A stretch of 64,000 nt of DNA from Candidatus Bathyarchaeota archaeon (GCA_963772455.1 CAVYXJ010000009.1:32001-96000), one strand, 5' to 3'. Positions 41,350 to 52,233 are shown, counted from the first letter of the stretch. The notes: generated by a model not told the origin, from the letters alone. A program made the numbers and translations.

Positions 41350-41749
41350 TTGAAAAAAATACTATTTGTCTGTGTTGAAAATGCAGGTAGAAGCCAAATG
41401 GCAGAGGCTTTCGCAAAAAAATATGGAAACAACAGAAGTTATAGCCTTTAGCGCTGGAAACAAACCAGCAGAAAGAGTTAATCCTATGGTTGTTGAGGTT
41501 TTGAAGGAAAAAGGCATCGATATCTCAGAGAATAAGCCAAAACTAATTACGGCAAAGATGGCAATGGACTCAGACCTGATTGTCACGATGGGTTGCAACG
41601 ACCAAGGTATTTGCCCTGGACCATTCTTTAAACCCACAATCGAATGGAACCTCGAAGACCCAAAAGGAAAGCCGATTGAGAAAGTTCGAGAAATCAGAGA
41701 CCAAATTGAACAACAAGTATTAGAGCTAATTTCCAGATTAAAGGAGTAA
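41350..41749 (+). CDS. arsC: Arsenate reductase, LMW-PTPase family (frameshift near 41428)
   Basis: TTG start gives MKKILFVCVENAGRSQMAEAF (CX5R); continues in ORF 41366 with SAG..PA, VTMGC, CP, WNLEDP. Confidence 0.88.
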
Positions 41750-41900
41750 ATCTAAAATGAAACTAAACATTCCACTAAAAATAAAATGTTAAACCCATAT
41801 TGAAAAAGTAGAAAAAACCTACAAGGAAACTCACACTAAGTTCGATAATATCGTTAAGTCGTTCAAAAATATAGAAAATGCTAGAAAAACTTTACCGCAG

Positions 41901-42272
41901 TTGACCACAGCGTCGATTGTAGCGAAGGTAATAACCTTGACAGTGAATGAGGGTCATATAAGAATTAGAGATTGGGAAGAATACAAACGATTAGTTAGTG
42001 AAAAGAAACCGCGTTCAATTACTTTTATCCTTGAACAAAACGGGCTTTCACCAAATAGGGAACTCTCATCTCTTAGAATTATAATGTTGCATGATAAACG
42101 CTATTATATGTTCCTTGATTTCACCAAAGATGGTGCATTAAGAGAAACTGGCATCCCGTTGCACAAGGACAAAAAAGGAATAATGAATTTAGATGAAGAT
42201 GAGGTCAAGGCTATTTTGAAGAAACAATTTGAAAAAGATAATGTTGAAGTTTTTTCATTTTGGACAACATAA
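41901..42272 (+). CDS. Hypothetical protein (start probably downstream, near 41937)
   Basis: Open frame with protein-like composition; LRETGIP. Confidence 0.65.
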   Translation: MTTASIVAKVITLTVNEGHIRIRDWEEYKRLVSEKKPRSITFILEQNGLSPNRELSSLRIIMLHDKRYYMFLDFTKDGALRETGIPLHKDKKGIMNLDEDEVKAILKKQFEKDNVEVFSFWTT

Positions 42273-42482
42273 AAGAAGGCCAAAGGTTTAAGCAAATCAT
42301 TCAAAAATCATTCATAACTTGTTAAAAAGGTATGAAATGCTTGAGAAATAACAATAATAAATTCTTAATGACAAGGATGGATTTCTTCTGAGAGCTCTAC
42401 TGAATGCTGGTTTAATTCCAACCCCTAATCGATATTAAAAAAACATAAATAATAATCAATAGAAAACAAACGTGGTTATGGA

Positions 42483-43973
42483 ATGACAACCAAGTCAATA
42501 ATCATAATTGGGGCAGGCCTTGCTGGTTTAGCTACTGGATGTTATGCACAAATGAATGGATTTACAACCAAAATCTTCGAAATGCAGGAAAAACCCGGTG
42601 GGGTCTGTGTATCTTGGAAACGCAAGGGATACATTTTTGATTACGCTGTGCACAATGTTTTCGGAATTACCCCAAACTCAGTAAACAACCATATGTGGCA
42701 AGAATTAGGAGCTCTACACGGTTTGAGCGCATATAGCTTCAAAGAGTTCACACAAGTTGAAGATGCCGGAAAAGTTCTAACAGTCTACACTAACCTTGAC
42801 AAACTTGAAGAGCACCTCAAAATCCTTTCACCCTCAGATGAGAAACAAATTAGCGAATTTATCAAAGCAGCCCGCAAATTCAGCGGCTACGACTTGTTCG
42901 CCGCTATGTCAGGCGGAGTGGGAACTAAACTTAAGATGTTACCATTAATGGGTAGTTTAATGAAGTACAGCAAAGTAACCTTAAAAGAATACGCAGACCA
43001 ATTCACTGACCCATTCCTGCAAAAAGCATTTGCAACTATCCAATATGACATCCCAGAAGTCCCAACAGTAATAGCTTTGATTTTCTTAGCAACATTAAAC
43101 AACGGTGACGGCGGCTGGCCTTTGGGAGGCTCCATGGCACTCTCAAACAACATCGAACAACGTTACCTCGAACTCGAAGGCAAATTGTTCTACCGATCAA
43201 AAATTAAAAAAATAATTGTTAAAGACAACATTGCCATTGGAGTGCAGCTTGAAGACGACTCAGAGCAATACGCTGACTTAGTGGTTTCGGCGGCGGACGG
43301 GTACTCCACAATCTTTGGCATGCTTGAAGGTAAATACACAAACCCAACTATCAATTCCTACTACAAGAATTACCCAAAGAAACAAGCTTTTGGTTTGGAG
43401 GTTTGGTTTGGCGTTGCCCAAGAATTCCCAGGTGAACCTCATGCTTTGGTGCTTTTTCTAGACAAGCCCATCTCTGTGGAAGATGTACAAAGAGATAGAT
43501 TGGATTTGGAAATCTTCAATTTTGATCCCTCATTGGCACCGAAAGGTAAAACAGTTATCAAAACAGTTTTTGATTCTAACTATGACTACTGGAAACAACT
43601 AGCCTTCAATATACAAAAATACCAAGCGGAAAAACAAAAAGTCGCCGATCTTATCGCTCAAACATTAGAAAAGCGGTTCCCTGGCTTTAAGAGCAAAATT
43701 GAAGCCACAGAAATAGTGACACCCATTACAACTGAGCACTGGACGGCTGCACATCGCGGTTACCAAGCATGGGGCGCCCCCAAAGAATACCAAAATGAGG
43801 TCACAAAAAACGGCGTAAGCAAATCGCTGCCGGGACTTAACAACTTTTTCATGGTAGGACAGTGGGCTATTGGAACCATTGGCTTAAACACCGTTTGCCT
43901 ATCGGGACGCCAACTAATCCGCGACCTCTGCAAACAAGAAGGCAAGAAATTCCAGACAACAACAAAACCCTAA
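42483..43973 (+). CDS. Phytoene desaturase-family NAD(P)/FAD oxidoreductase
   Basis: IIGAGLAGL; PGGVCVSWKRKGYIFD; WPLGGS; TPIT; FMVGQW. Confidence 0.88.
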   Translation: MTTKSIIIIGAGLAGLATGCYAQMNGFTTKIFEMQEKPGGVCVSWKRKGYIFDYAVHNVFGITPNSVNNHMWQELGALHGLSAYSFKEFTQVEDAGKVLTVYTNLDKLEEHLKILSPSDEKQISEFIKAARKFSGYDLFAAMSGGVGTKLKMLPLMGSLMKYSKVTLKEYADQFTDPFLQKAFATIQYDIPEVPTVIALIFLATLNNGDGGWPLGGSMALSNNIEQRYLELEGKLFYRSKIKKIIVKDNIAIGVQLEDDSEQYADLVVSAADGYSTIFGMLEGKYTNPTINSYYKNYPKKQAFGLEVWFGVAQEFPGEPHALVLFLDKPISVEDVQRDRLDLEIFNFDPSLAPKGKTVIKTVFDSNYDYWKQLAFNIQKYQAEKQKVADLIAQTLEKRFPGFKSKIEATEIVTPITTEHWTAAHRGYQAWGAPKEYQNEVTKNGVSKSLPGLNNFFMVGQWAIGTIGLNTVCLSGRQLIRDLCKQEGKKFQTTTKP

Positions 43974-44324
43974 AAACAAAACAACAACCACAACACAAAC
44001 CTTTTCAAATATTTAAAAGCCTCAATCTGCATGCACCACACCTGATAAAAAAACCAGCCAAAACAGACTATCAGTATTTTCTGCAAAATCAACTGACTAT
44101 TCAACAATTATATAATGTGAAAAGTCCACAATCAACATTGAAAAAATTCTCCCACAACCACAAAAACAACTAAACAAAAACAAAGACTAGCAAATACAAA
44201 AAAACCATACAATTTCTTGCAAACAATACTCATTTTTTTCTATAAGACAACCTCTACTCCGAGTTACAGGAATCTTAAGTGTACAAAATTGAAAAACCAT
44301 AAAAGCAGAAGCCCCTGATTAACA

Positions 44325-44987
44325 ATGATCCATATGCGTTGCCAAATCCTAACAAAAGTAATATTCTCCTTAATTATTTTGGCTGTCTTTTGTTCTTCAG
44401 TTACAGCTGAATCTATTTCCACAGATAGAACAGTAATTGTTTCTGCTGTAATTGACGGAAGCTCATTTCAAATTGGCTCAAGCGAAACAATAAGACTTGC
44501 ATCAATCGACACTCCAAATTCAGGTCAACCAGGATATTCAGAATCAAAAAATTACTTAACCACTCTAATACAAAGCAAAACCGTTTACTTGGACACTGGC
44601 GTGGCAGCAACAACTGACCAACAGGGCAGATTACTGAGCGTTGTTTACTTTGACTACAATTCAACACACTATGAAAACGTCAACATGGCAATGATTCAAA
44701 ACGGCTACGCAACACCAAATAACCAAAATAACAATGGATTCGACATAGGAACCTGGACCTGGTTTGTCTTAAAACAAGCACCCACATCATCTCCAATCGA
44801 AACAGTTACTCCTCAACCCTCAGAAACGCCTACTCCTACACCCTTCAGCCAACCCAGCCCCTCCATTAACCCTACTATTCCAGAATTATCTACCAACACA
44901 ACCATTCTAATCATAGCATTGACAACGCTACTAGTGGCAACTCAGTTATACAAAAAAAGAAAAAATAAAGAAGTTCTCTTCTTCTAG
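44325..44987 (+). CDS. Thermonuclease (SNase)-fold secreted protein with PEF-CTERM-like anchor; catalytic site degenerate
   Basis: VIDGSS, IRLASIDTP, DQQGRLL, NVNMAMIQNGYA; P/T linker; IPELS-TM-KKRK. Confidence 0.8.
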   Translation: MIHMRCQILTKVIFSLIILAVFCSSVTAESISTDRTVIVSAVIDGSSFQIGSSETIRLASIDTPNSGQPGYSESKNYLTTLIQSKTVYLDTGVAATTDQQGRLLSVVYFDYNSTHYENVNMAMIQNGYATPNNQNNNGFDIGTWTWFVLKQAPTSSPIETVTPQPSETPTPTPFSQPSPSINPTIPELSTNTTILIIALTTLLVATQLYKKRKNKEVLFF

Positions 44988-47900
44988 TTCGTTTTTCGCT
45001 TTTTCATTCGAACCACCATCTGTGATCCAATTGCTATTATGGTGCCAACGATTGCGATTATTATTATTGTCATGCTTGGCATTTCAGGGATTGGTGGAGG
45101 GGTAGTTCCGGATGGTGGTGTAGCGACTGGAGTTGCGGGTGTTGGTTTTGGTGTTTGCTGGTTTGTCGGTTGATTTGTTGGATTAGAGATCGGTTGAGGT
45201 GTTGTAGAGCTTTGGGTTGGTGGAGGAGATGGATTTGGATTTTGGGTAGGCGGAGGAGTTGGCTGACCTGGCGACTGCGATGGCGGGGGATTAGAGATTG
45301 GATCTGTTCCCTTGCTCACCATTACTGAAACTTCAGGGTCATTGTAAATTGAGTATCCATCCCATCTTGGGAAAGCTTGGGTTAGGAAGTACATTGAAGA
45401 TGATATGTCAAAGCCTGTTGAAGATTTACCCGCGTCTGATTGGTAGCTTGATTGGAAGTTCTGTATGGATGTTGTCTGGCTTGTTACATTAAATGTTCTT
45501 AACTCATCTGTTGCTGAAGTTGGTTTTCCCCAATCATAGATGCTACCCAACTGTATAGACGCAAATTTAATGTTGGATAGCTGTGAAGCTACATCGAATC
45601 TCGATGATGCCGTTACGCCGTTGTTGTTGACATTTGAACCTGATGCGTCCTTTACATTCCAACCCATTGAAGTTGAAGCTGTCACATAATAGTTTATGGC
45701 TAAGCTTCTGTTCGCAAGAACATCATTACCCATTAACGGAACCATTATGCCGCTGCTATTTTGCTCTCTGCCATCCACGACGTCAGCTGGAAGTTGCCAG
45801 TTGCCCACAGTCTGGTCAATTTTCATTGAGGCACTGTTGTATTCTCCTGCAGTTTGTGTACCTGCGAAGTGAACGTCAAATGCTAGTTGGTCTATGGATG
45901 CAATGGTGGGTTTGTTCATTAGGTTGGGGGCGTTGAAATCTGAACCGTATATTGGACGGTCCCACCAACCCCACATTGAACGTTGAGCATCATAGGGGAA
46001 CAATGTACCGTTAACGTCACTATAAGCTACGCCAAAGTCAATCTTTGCATTCAATGGAAGAACCATACTTCCTGAAGCAGCCATGTTTCCAAAGGCTTGA
46101 CCTGGAGTGACGAAAGTTACCGTTCCAACCGATTTAGGCATAAAGTAATGCGTCTGGCTTGTACCATTGAGCAAGTTGAGTCCTGCAAATTCATACTTTA
46201 AGTCAATGCCTCCATTACCCACTTTATCACCCGAGATTACGTTAACATTGTAGTTTTGGTCAGTTCCAAACCAAAGCCAATTCCACTCGTTAGTGTTGCT
46301 ACTTATCCAATCCCAATTGTTAGCTTTTGCTTGGTCTAAGACGTCAGCCCACGACTGATTACGCACCATGTATGCAATGTCCCAATATCCAGGGTTTGCC
46401 TTCTGGGTTTCACTGTTCACGATTACATTCTTTATCTGAGCCATCTCTTGCGTACTTACCCCTGTCATGTCAGATGCATGATACCATAGGTATTCTTCAC
46501 TCCACTGTGAAGTAAATCTGACTTGCAGTTGACCCATCCAGGCCTTCAGGTGAATTTCATCACCCACTTTTGCTGAGTTGGGATTCCAGACAGTATCTAC
46601 CTGCATGCGTTTTTCAGTTTGGACACGAGTGTCTGTGCCAGAATGCACTTTCCGAACATAGTATTGGTCACTGGTAGTAGCTGGATCTCCATCTATGTCA
46701 ATTGCGCCTGTTGTGTCAACGGTTTTGTAGGCTTTAATTCCCCACATTCCAAATTGAGGAGTCCCCACAATTAAGCTGTTAATTGCGCTTGAGGTTGACA
46801 CGCCAAGGTCTGTTAGTCTCCAGGTATAGATTGCTCCTTGGCTTTCGTGTGTTTGGTAGATATTCATAGTAGACCTTTGGATGGGCAATTCTTCATTGGC
46901 TATGGTGACTTGGTAGGATTGTTTCCAATTGTACTGGTCATCGATATCATAGGACTGCCCGTTTAAGTTAATGGTGTTTATTTGTCTGATAGTTAAGTTG
47001 CCATTCCAAGAGAACTCATTTTGGAGCAGAGCAATTGTGTAAGTTGAGCCTCCTAAGGTGACTTCCAAGGTGTTAGGATACCTGTACATTGCTTGTTGTG
47101 TAGACCATTCCCCATTCCAATTGTCCACAACGGGGCTTGGATCCAAGACGAAGTAGTCCACTCCATTGATAGCCACGCTGTATCTTGGGTAGTAGTTGCT
47201 ATATTGATTGGTGAAAACTTGTGATCTAATCATTGAGGGAACATTCCACCAATTATCCACAAGTTGCAAGTCTAAACGGCTCTGATTTACTGCGTTGACA
47301 AGATAGAAACCTGTAGAATCTTTGAGCATTGATGCGGTCGTGGTGTTCATCCGTAACCAAGTACTACTGTCGGTGGAAATTGTTGGTGCCTGATAAGTTG
47401 TTGCAGTGTACATGTGACGTTGATCGTTGGCTAAGGGATCTGCTATGTTGTAGATGATTCCGCCATCTGTTAAGTTAGAATAAGTTAACACATTAGAGAA
47501 CACATACTTTTGATTTCCAATTACAGTACTCCATTGGTTAGGTTGGTCAAATGAAACTACCCACTGAACGTCAAGGCGGGTACCATTAGTTAAGACCAAG
47601 TAGCTACTTGTTCCACCTCCACAGACATAAGCAGTTGTTACGTCAACCTTCTTTGTACCGTTAAGATAAATGGCATAGCCACCCTGAATTACTGCAACTG
47701 TCTGGTTTGCAGAAGCTTGGTTTCCATTTAATTGCCATTGTTTGCCCACATTCCACGGACCATCGATGCTGTTTATGTTTCCGTTCCAACCAAACTGGGT
47801 AAGACTGTAGATTCTGTCTCCCTCCAGAGTTATGAAATAGCTTACCATTTGGTTGCTATCCCAGGGAGCTTTTGTCTGAGGCATGTATGCTCCATCAAAA

Positions 47901-50900
47901 CTGTACGAGTTGACGTTTTGAACAAAGTTATAGCAGGTACCAGGTCCATAAGTGCTACCCATTACCTTAAAAGGTGTTCCAACTGGCACTTCTGTGCCAT
48001 CTCCAAAGTATACGCCAGTATGAGTAGATTCCTCTGACACAGCTGGAATTGTGATGTTGTAGAGAACTATCTTGTCAAAGATCGATTGAGGCTGCAATGT
48101 ATAAGGAACTAGTCTTGTATAGTTAGTACCTGTTATGGGAATATGGATTTCTTGCTCCCAACTAGCGGGAGTAGACCAATCAAAGTATATTCTGGTGTTG
48201 TCAAGCGTCTTGAAGTAATTACGAAAAACTGTTTGTCCAGAAGTATCTAAAGTACTGTCCATACTTGCGCACATATCGGTTGTATAGTAGGTTTCGCTGC
48301 CAACGTGCACTTTCCACACTATCAAGTTCATAGTTGAACTAATATCTAGTCGAGTCCCATTTGTCATCATCAAATAGAGAGTTGCATTTTCATAGTCGTA
48401 GCCATAACGGTTTGCTGTCCAAGATTTCTGGGTTGAGTCGTATCCTGTAGTTGTAACTATGCTCCCTGCAGCTGCAAGTTGACCAGATTGTTGAGAGTAG
48501 GTTCCATAGTTTAAAGTCCAGCCATTCTGCCTAACATTCCAGTTAGCTTGGCCATTAATGTTGGAGTAGAATGTGTTGTAATCAACTGTTGGGTACGTTA
48601 CAGTTTGCCGTGATCCATCAATGTCTATGTAGTATGACTGAGAGTTCGCATCGAAGTTTAACAGGTAATCAGATCCTGCAATCGATATGGACTTAAAGGT
48701 TAAGAGTTTTTGACCTTGAGATTCGATTCCTTGAAGGTCCCACCAAGAGGTCGCCATCGCCCCTGGATAAGGAAGCTCATATTTAGCTCCTCCAACCACA
48801 CCAAGATCTGAATAGAAGTAACTTTGTACGTAATTGTCGTTGTTTTGACCGTTAATGGGAATCAAAAGAGTTTGACCTTGATAAGTAGCCTGGTAATACT
48901 GGTTTGGCCAACCAATCAAACAAGTTACTCCATTGATTATTACAGTGCGTTGGTTATCAGGAACCGAATAATCTCTGATTGTAATTCTGGTTCCGTTTTT
49001 AGCGACAAGATAGTATCCAGAGCCGTCGGGCAAAGCCTGCCAGTAACCTGGATCCCTTAGAAGAACAACTGAATCACCAATTTTTACTCCTGATCCCGCC
49101 GATTGAACCAATAAAGTAGTGTCGCTTTCGGTGTAAACTTGGTTAGTTTTGTCCCAATGGTTTGTAGTGCTGTTAAACGCACTGTTTTCAAACGAACCGT
49201 TTATGTAAACTCTCGTCCCATTTAGCAACTCATAGTAGTATGGAACATAGCCTGGTTGTTGCACTGAATAATCTGGAACCGCATGGTTCATGAACGTATC
49301 TAACGTCGTTCCATTTGGCAACGTCACAGTCGAGCCATCTACAAGTATGTAGGCGTTTGCTGTGGATAATTGCAGGGAACGTATGATAGTTTGGTAAGCT
49401 TGGTCGATGTAAAGCTTTGTTCCGTTTTGTAGTTGATAATATTGGGTTTGTCTGCCTATGGATGGATCATAGGGTCCTGTTTGTAAGTATTGTGTCCAGT
49501 CTGTTTGTCTTGCTTGATCGTATTGAACCTGAGGCTTTATGAGCAAGTTGTTACCGGCTACCGTTACGTACGGCACCTGATTAACTTGGTATCTGTTCGC
49601 ATTGTATGTGGTGTAAAGAGGGTTAGAGGGAGGGCTTACAAGCCATGTTTGCCCAGATGTACCATTAACGTAATAGGTTGGCTGAGAGGTCCACTCTGTG
49701 ATTTGATGCAAACCCCAACCTTGACTTGGATCCTGTCCATAAGTCATGTTTTGGAAAATCATGCTATACCAATAGTTGCCCTGCGGGGCAGTAGCAGCAA
49801 AGGTTACCCCCAAATTCACTGTAACAACCCCATTTACCAACGAAACATTTGCAGAGTTTAGATCAGCATAACTTGAGCGTACTTGGAACGCAGGATCTGT
49901 ATCAGCAACGTAACATGTGGTTGTATCAATCCAGACGTTGGGTGAATTTGGATCTCTTGCATATTCTGTTTGGTTAAAACGACAGTATTCCCAGTGCCAA
50001 TCATTCAGGATAGTTTGGTTCCAAATTAAGTGAGGAGACTCTACCCAATCCCACATGCTTGTGACTGAATTGTACTCAGTATGCCAATCAGTAACGTTAA
50101 CGTATGCCCAGCCCAAATGAGACCCGTAGACATATCTGTTAACGTTTGTTCGATTATAGGAAGTGGATGTTAATTGACCAGTGGTTAAATCTTTGACGAG
50201 CCGAATTTCAACTTGTGAATTCGAACTCTGGTTTTCACTCCATGAACCAAAGTTTGATGAGAAAGAAACACCTACTGCATCTAAGCTTTGATAAATTTCG
50301 GAACTGCCATAGATTTTGCTTTGCACTATGAAAGGTTTATTTTGCCCTATCATAAACATGGATTGCGTTGTTACTGGACGGCCTTGAGCATCCAATATGG
50401 TTGAAACCGCTACTGGTCTATCGACGACTATTTGCATGTCACTTTGATCTGTGTTTTGCCAGTTAGCCCAAATTTGTCTATTTCCCGCAAAAACGTTCAA
50501 TTGAAGATTATACTGATCTTGGTTGTAATCGGTTGTATTCGAGAATAAACCAACAAACTCGACAACATAATTGTTGGGTCCAGTCTGATAGCTGCTACAA
50601 TCAGCTAATGATAGAGCAAAGAATTGACTTGCTGGATCAGAAGCATTGATAGGGTTTAGAACTGAATATTGAACTTGCTGCTGCGAAATAGTATCATATG
50701 CTGAATAACAATAACCTTGCTTTAAATCAAAACTTTGAGTTGTTTGATTGTATATCATCATCAATTGATCTTGAACCCAAATTTGTTGAGTGGTTAATTC
50801 ATCCCGATTGGTTACTGGGTTCCACATTTTGTTTTGGATAGTTATCTGATGATTATTATTAGGTGAACTAATCCATCTTTGCTCAAGATGGGGTCCCCAA

Positions 50901-51973
50901 ACTTGTTGATTACGAGTAACTTGGACAGTGCTATTCCAGTAATAAGTACCTAAGGAATCATTATACATCCATCCACCTTGCTCAGTTACAACTTTTTGGT
51001 ACCACCCTGTAACATTCACGTACTGTTGGATATTCCAAGGGATGTTGAGACCAATTGTTGCGTTTGAAAATTGGCTACTCGTCACGTTTAGCTGCATCTT
51101 GAACTTTGCACCCTTCGAAACCGAGAGCAACTGATTATTTTGCATATCTAATTTTTCAAAAGTCCAATAATCCTGCATTCCTCCAAAAATAAATCCGGCT
51201 TGGCCAACGGCAATCTGGCGATTGTTAGAGATACTTCCTTGTCCAGTCATTGAGTTTACGTCTATCCCGTTGTTAAACTGGTCTGTTATCTGCAGATTAA
51301 CCCAATAAGGTCCAATCGGTGCGGAACTGTTGAATGCACCAAAAAATTGAACTCTCCAGCCCAAATCAGTTTCAGTTATATTACTTATTTCAGGATTGAA
51401 ATTATAGAAACTATTTTGCGACTGGAATTGCGGCGGTCCTTGCATAGGAGTACCACTCTGGTTGTTAATGTTACTATTAATGTTCCAAACGTTTGTTTGA
51501 TTCCAATTTCCCTGCTGCATGCTATTAACATACATTAATTTACATTCAGCGTGACCCGTGATCGACCCATTATCTGAACGCAAATCAGTATTCCACCCTA
51601 ATCCTGCTTGCCCAAGGGTTGCATTGCCAACAAAAACGCTTTTTTGGATATCAATAATAACAGTGAAGGGCTGATTTAGAGGAATATAATTGTCGTTGGT
51701 GATCAGAGTGCCATTGGGGAGAATTATTGAGAAAGAGGGATAAGGACCAAACTGCCAACCCTGATTTGTCCAATCATAAGAGTTTTGGGTGGTTTGATCC
51801 TGGCTTTCCCAAGAAAGGTTATTGCCCTCTGGAATATCAGCGGCAATTGGTACTATGAGACCGCTCATCGAAAAAACTATTGCTAAAATAAGCATTGTTG
51901 CAAACAAACGTTTAGTATATAATTTTGAAATAGGACGAGCCAACATGTTAACGCCTTTGCTTAGGCATCTCAA
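44984..51973 (-). CDS. Giant (about 2,320 aa) cell-surface glycoprotein with PEF-CTERM-like anchor
   Basis: Signal peptide; many NGT/NXT sequons; P/T/Q stalk; IPEMP-TM-KKRK; start possibly ATG 51946. Confidence 0.85.
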   Translation of the reverse strand: MRCLSKGVNMLARPISKLYTKRLFATMLILAIVFSMSGLIVPIAADIPEGNNLSWESQDQTTQNSYDWTNQGWQFGPYPSFSIILPNGTLITNDNYIPLNQPFTVIIDIQKSVFVGNATLGQAGLGWNTDLRSDNGSITGHAECKLMYVNSMQQGNWNQTNVWNINSNINNQSGTPMQGPPQFQSQNSFYNFNPEISNITETDLGWRVQFFGAFNSSAPIGPYWVNLQITDQFNNGIDVNSMTGQGSISNNRQIAVGQAGFIFGGMQDYWTFEKLDMQNNQLLSVSKGAKFKMQLNVTSSQFSNATIGLNIPWNIQQYVNVTGWYQKVVTEQGGWMYNDSLGTYYWNSTVQVTRNQQVWGPHLEQRWISSPNNNHQITIQNKMWNPVTNRDELTTQQIWVQDQLMMIYNQTTQSFDLKQGYCYSAYDTISQQQVQYSVLNPINASDPASQFFALSLADCSSYQTGPNNYVVEFVGLFSNTTDYNQDQYNLQLNVFAGNRQIWANWQNTDQSDMQIVVDRPVAVSTILDAQGRPVTTQSMFMIGQNKPFIVQSKIYGSSEIYQSLDAVGVSFSSNFGSWSENQSSNSQVEIRLVKDLTTGQLTSTSYNRTNVNRYVYGSHLGWAYVNVTDWHTEYNSVTSMWDWVESPHLIWNQTILNDWHWEYCRFNQTEYARDPNSPNVWIDTTTCYVADTDPAFQVRSSYADLNSANVSLVNGVVTVNLGVTFAATAPQGNYWYSMIFQNMTYGQDPSQGWGLHQITEWTSQPTYYVNGTSGQTWLVSPPSNPLYTTYNANRYQVNQVPYVTVAGNNLLIKPQVQYDQARQTDWTQYLQTGPYDPSIGRQTQYYQLQNGTKLYIDQAYQTIIRSLQLSTANAYILVDGSTVTLPNGTTLDTFMNHAVPDYSVQQPGYVPYYYELLNGTRVYINGSFENSAFNSTTNHWDKTNQVYTESDTTLLVQSAGSGVKIGDSVVLLRDPGYWQALPDGSGYYLVAKNGTRITIRDYSVPDNQRTVIINGVTCLIGWPNQYYQATYQGQTLLIPINGQNNDNYVQSYFYSDLGVVGGAKYELPYPGAMATSWWDLQGIESQGQKLLTFKSISIAGSDYLLNFDANSQSYYIDIDGSRQTVTYPTVDYNTFYSNINGQANWNVRQNGWTLNYGTYSQQSGQLAAAGSIVTTTGYDSTQKSWTANRYGYDYENATLYLMMTNGTRLDISSTMNLIVWKVHVGSETYYTTDMCASMDSTLDTSGQTVFRNYFKTLDNTRIYFDWSTPASWEQEIHIPITGTNYTRLVPYTLQPQSIFDKIVLYNITIPAVSEESTHTGVYFGDGTEVPVGTPFKVMGSTYGPGTCYNFVQNVNSYSFDGAYMPQTKAPWDSNQMVSYFITLEGDRIYSLTQFGWNGNINSIDGPWNVGKQWQLNGNQASANQTVAVIQGGYAIYLNGTKKVDVTTAYVCGGGTSSYLVLTNGTRLDVQWVVSFDQPNQWSTVIGNQKYVFSNVLTYSNLTDGGIIYNIADPLANDQRHMYTATTYQAPTISTDSSTWLRMNTTTASMLKDSTGFYLVNAVNQSRLDLQLVDNWWNVPSMIRSQVFTNQYSNYYPRYSVAINGVDYFVLDPSPVVDNWNGEWSTQQAMYRYPNTLEVTLGGSTYTIALLQNEFSWNGNLTIRQINTINLNGQSYDIDDQYNWKQSYQVTIANEELPIQRSTMNIYQTHESQGAIYTWRLTDLGVSTSSAINSLIVGTPQFGMWGIKAYKTVDTTGAIDIDGDPATTSDQYYVRKVHSGTDTRVQTEKRMQVDTVWNPNSAKVGDEIHLKAWMGQLQVRFTSQWSEEYLWYHASDMTGVSTQEMAQIKNVIVNSETQKANPGYWDIAYMVRNQSWADVLDQAKANNWDWISSNTNEWNWLWFGTDQNYNVNVISGDKVGNGGIDLKYEFAGLNLLNGTSQTHYFMPKSVGTVTFVTPGQAFGNMAASGSMVLPLNAKIDFGVAYSDVNGTLFPYDAQRSMWGWWDRPIYGSDFNAPNLMNKPTIASIDQLAFDVHFAGTQTAGEYNSASMKIDQTVGNWQLPADVVDGREQNSSGIMVPLMGNDVLANRSLAINYYVTASTSMGWNVKDASGSNVNNNGVTASSRFDVASQLSNIKFASIQLGSIYDWGKPTSATDELRTFNVTSQTTSIQNFQSSYQSDAGKSSTGFDISSSMYFLTQAFPRWDGYSIYNDPEVSVMVSKGTDPISNPPPSQSPGQPTPPPTQNPNPSPPPTQSSTTPQPISNPTNQPTNQQTPKPTPATPVATPPSGTTPPPIPEMPSMTIIIIAIVGTIIAIGSQMVVRMKKRKTN

Positions 51974-52233
51974 CCGATTTCAATTATATCACTTATGAAG
52001 CAGGAATCAATACGTCAAATTTACCACGAACAAAACTACTCTTCTTAGACAAATCTAGATTATTCTTAAACAATATTAGCTTTCTTTCAATGGAAACTGA
52101 CCGAACGAGATTTCTCATAAATTTAACCCTCGCCGCTTTTAAAAATTGTTTTAAAGTGTAGCAATGTTCAACAATCCCACACATTGCACAGAAATTCAGA
52201 ACACTTATATTCAAAAAAACTTAACCAGAGTTT

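Noticed and set aside
43974-44320. CAA/AAC-rich low-complexity tract and ORF 43862-44173
   Set aside because: No periodic unit; translation is compositionally biased; likely non-coding
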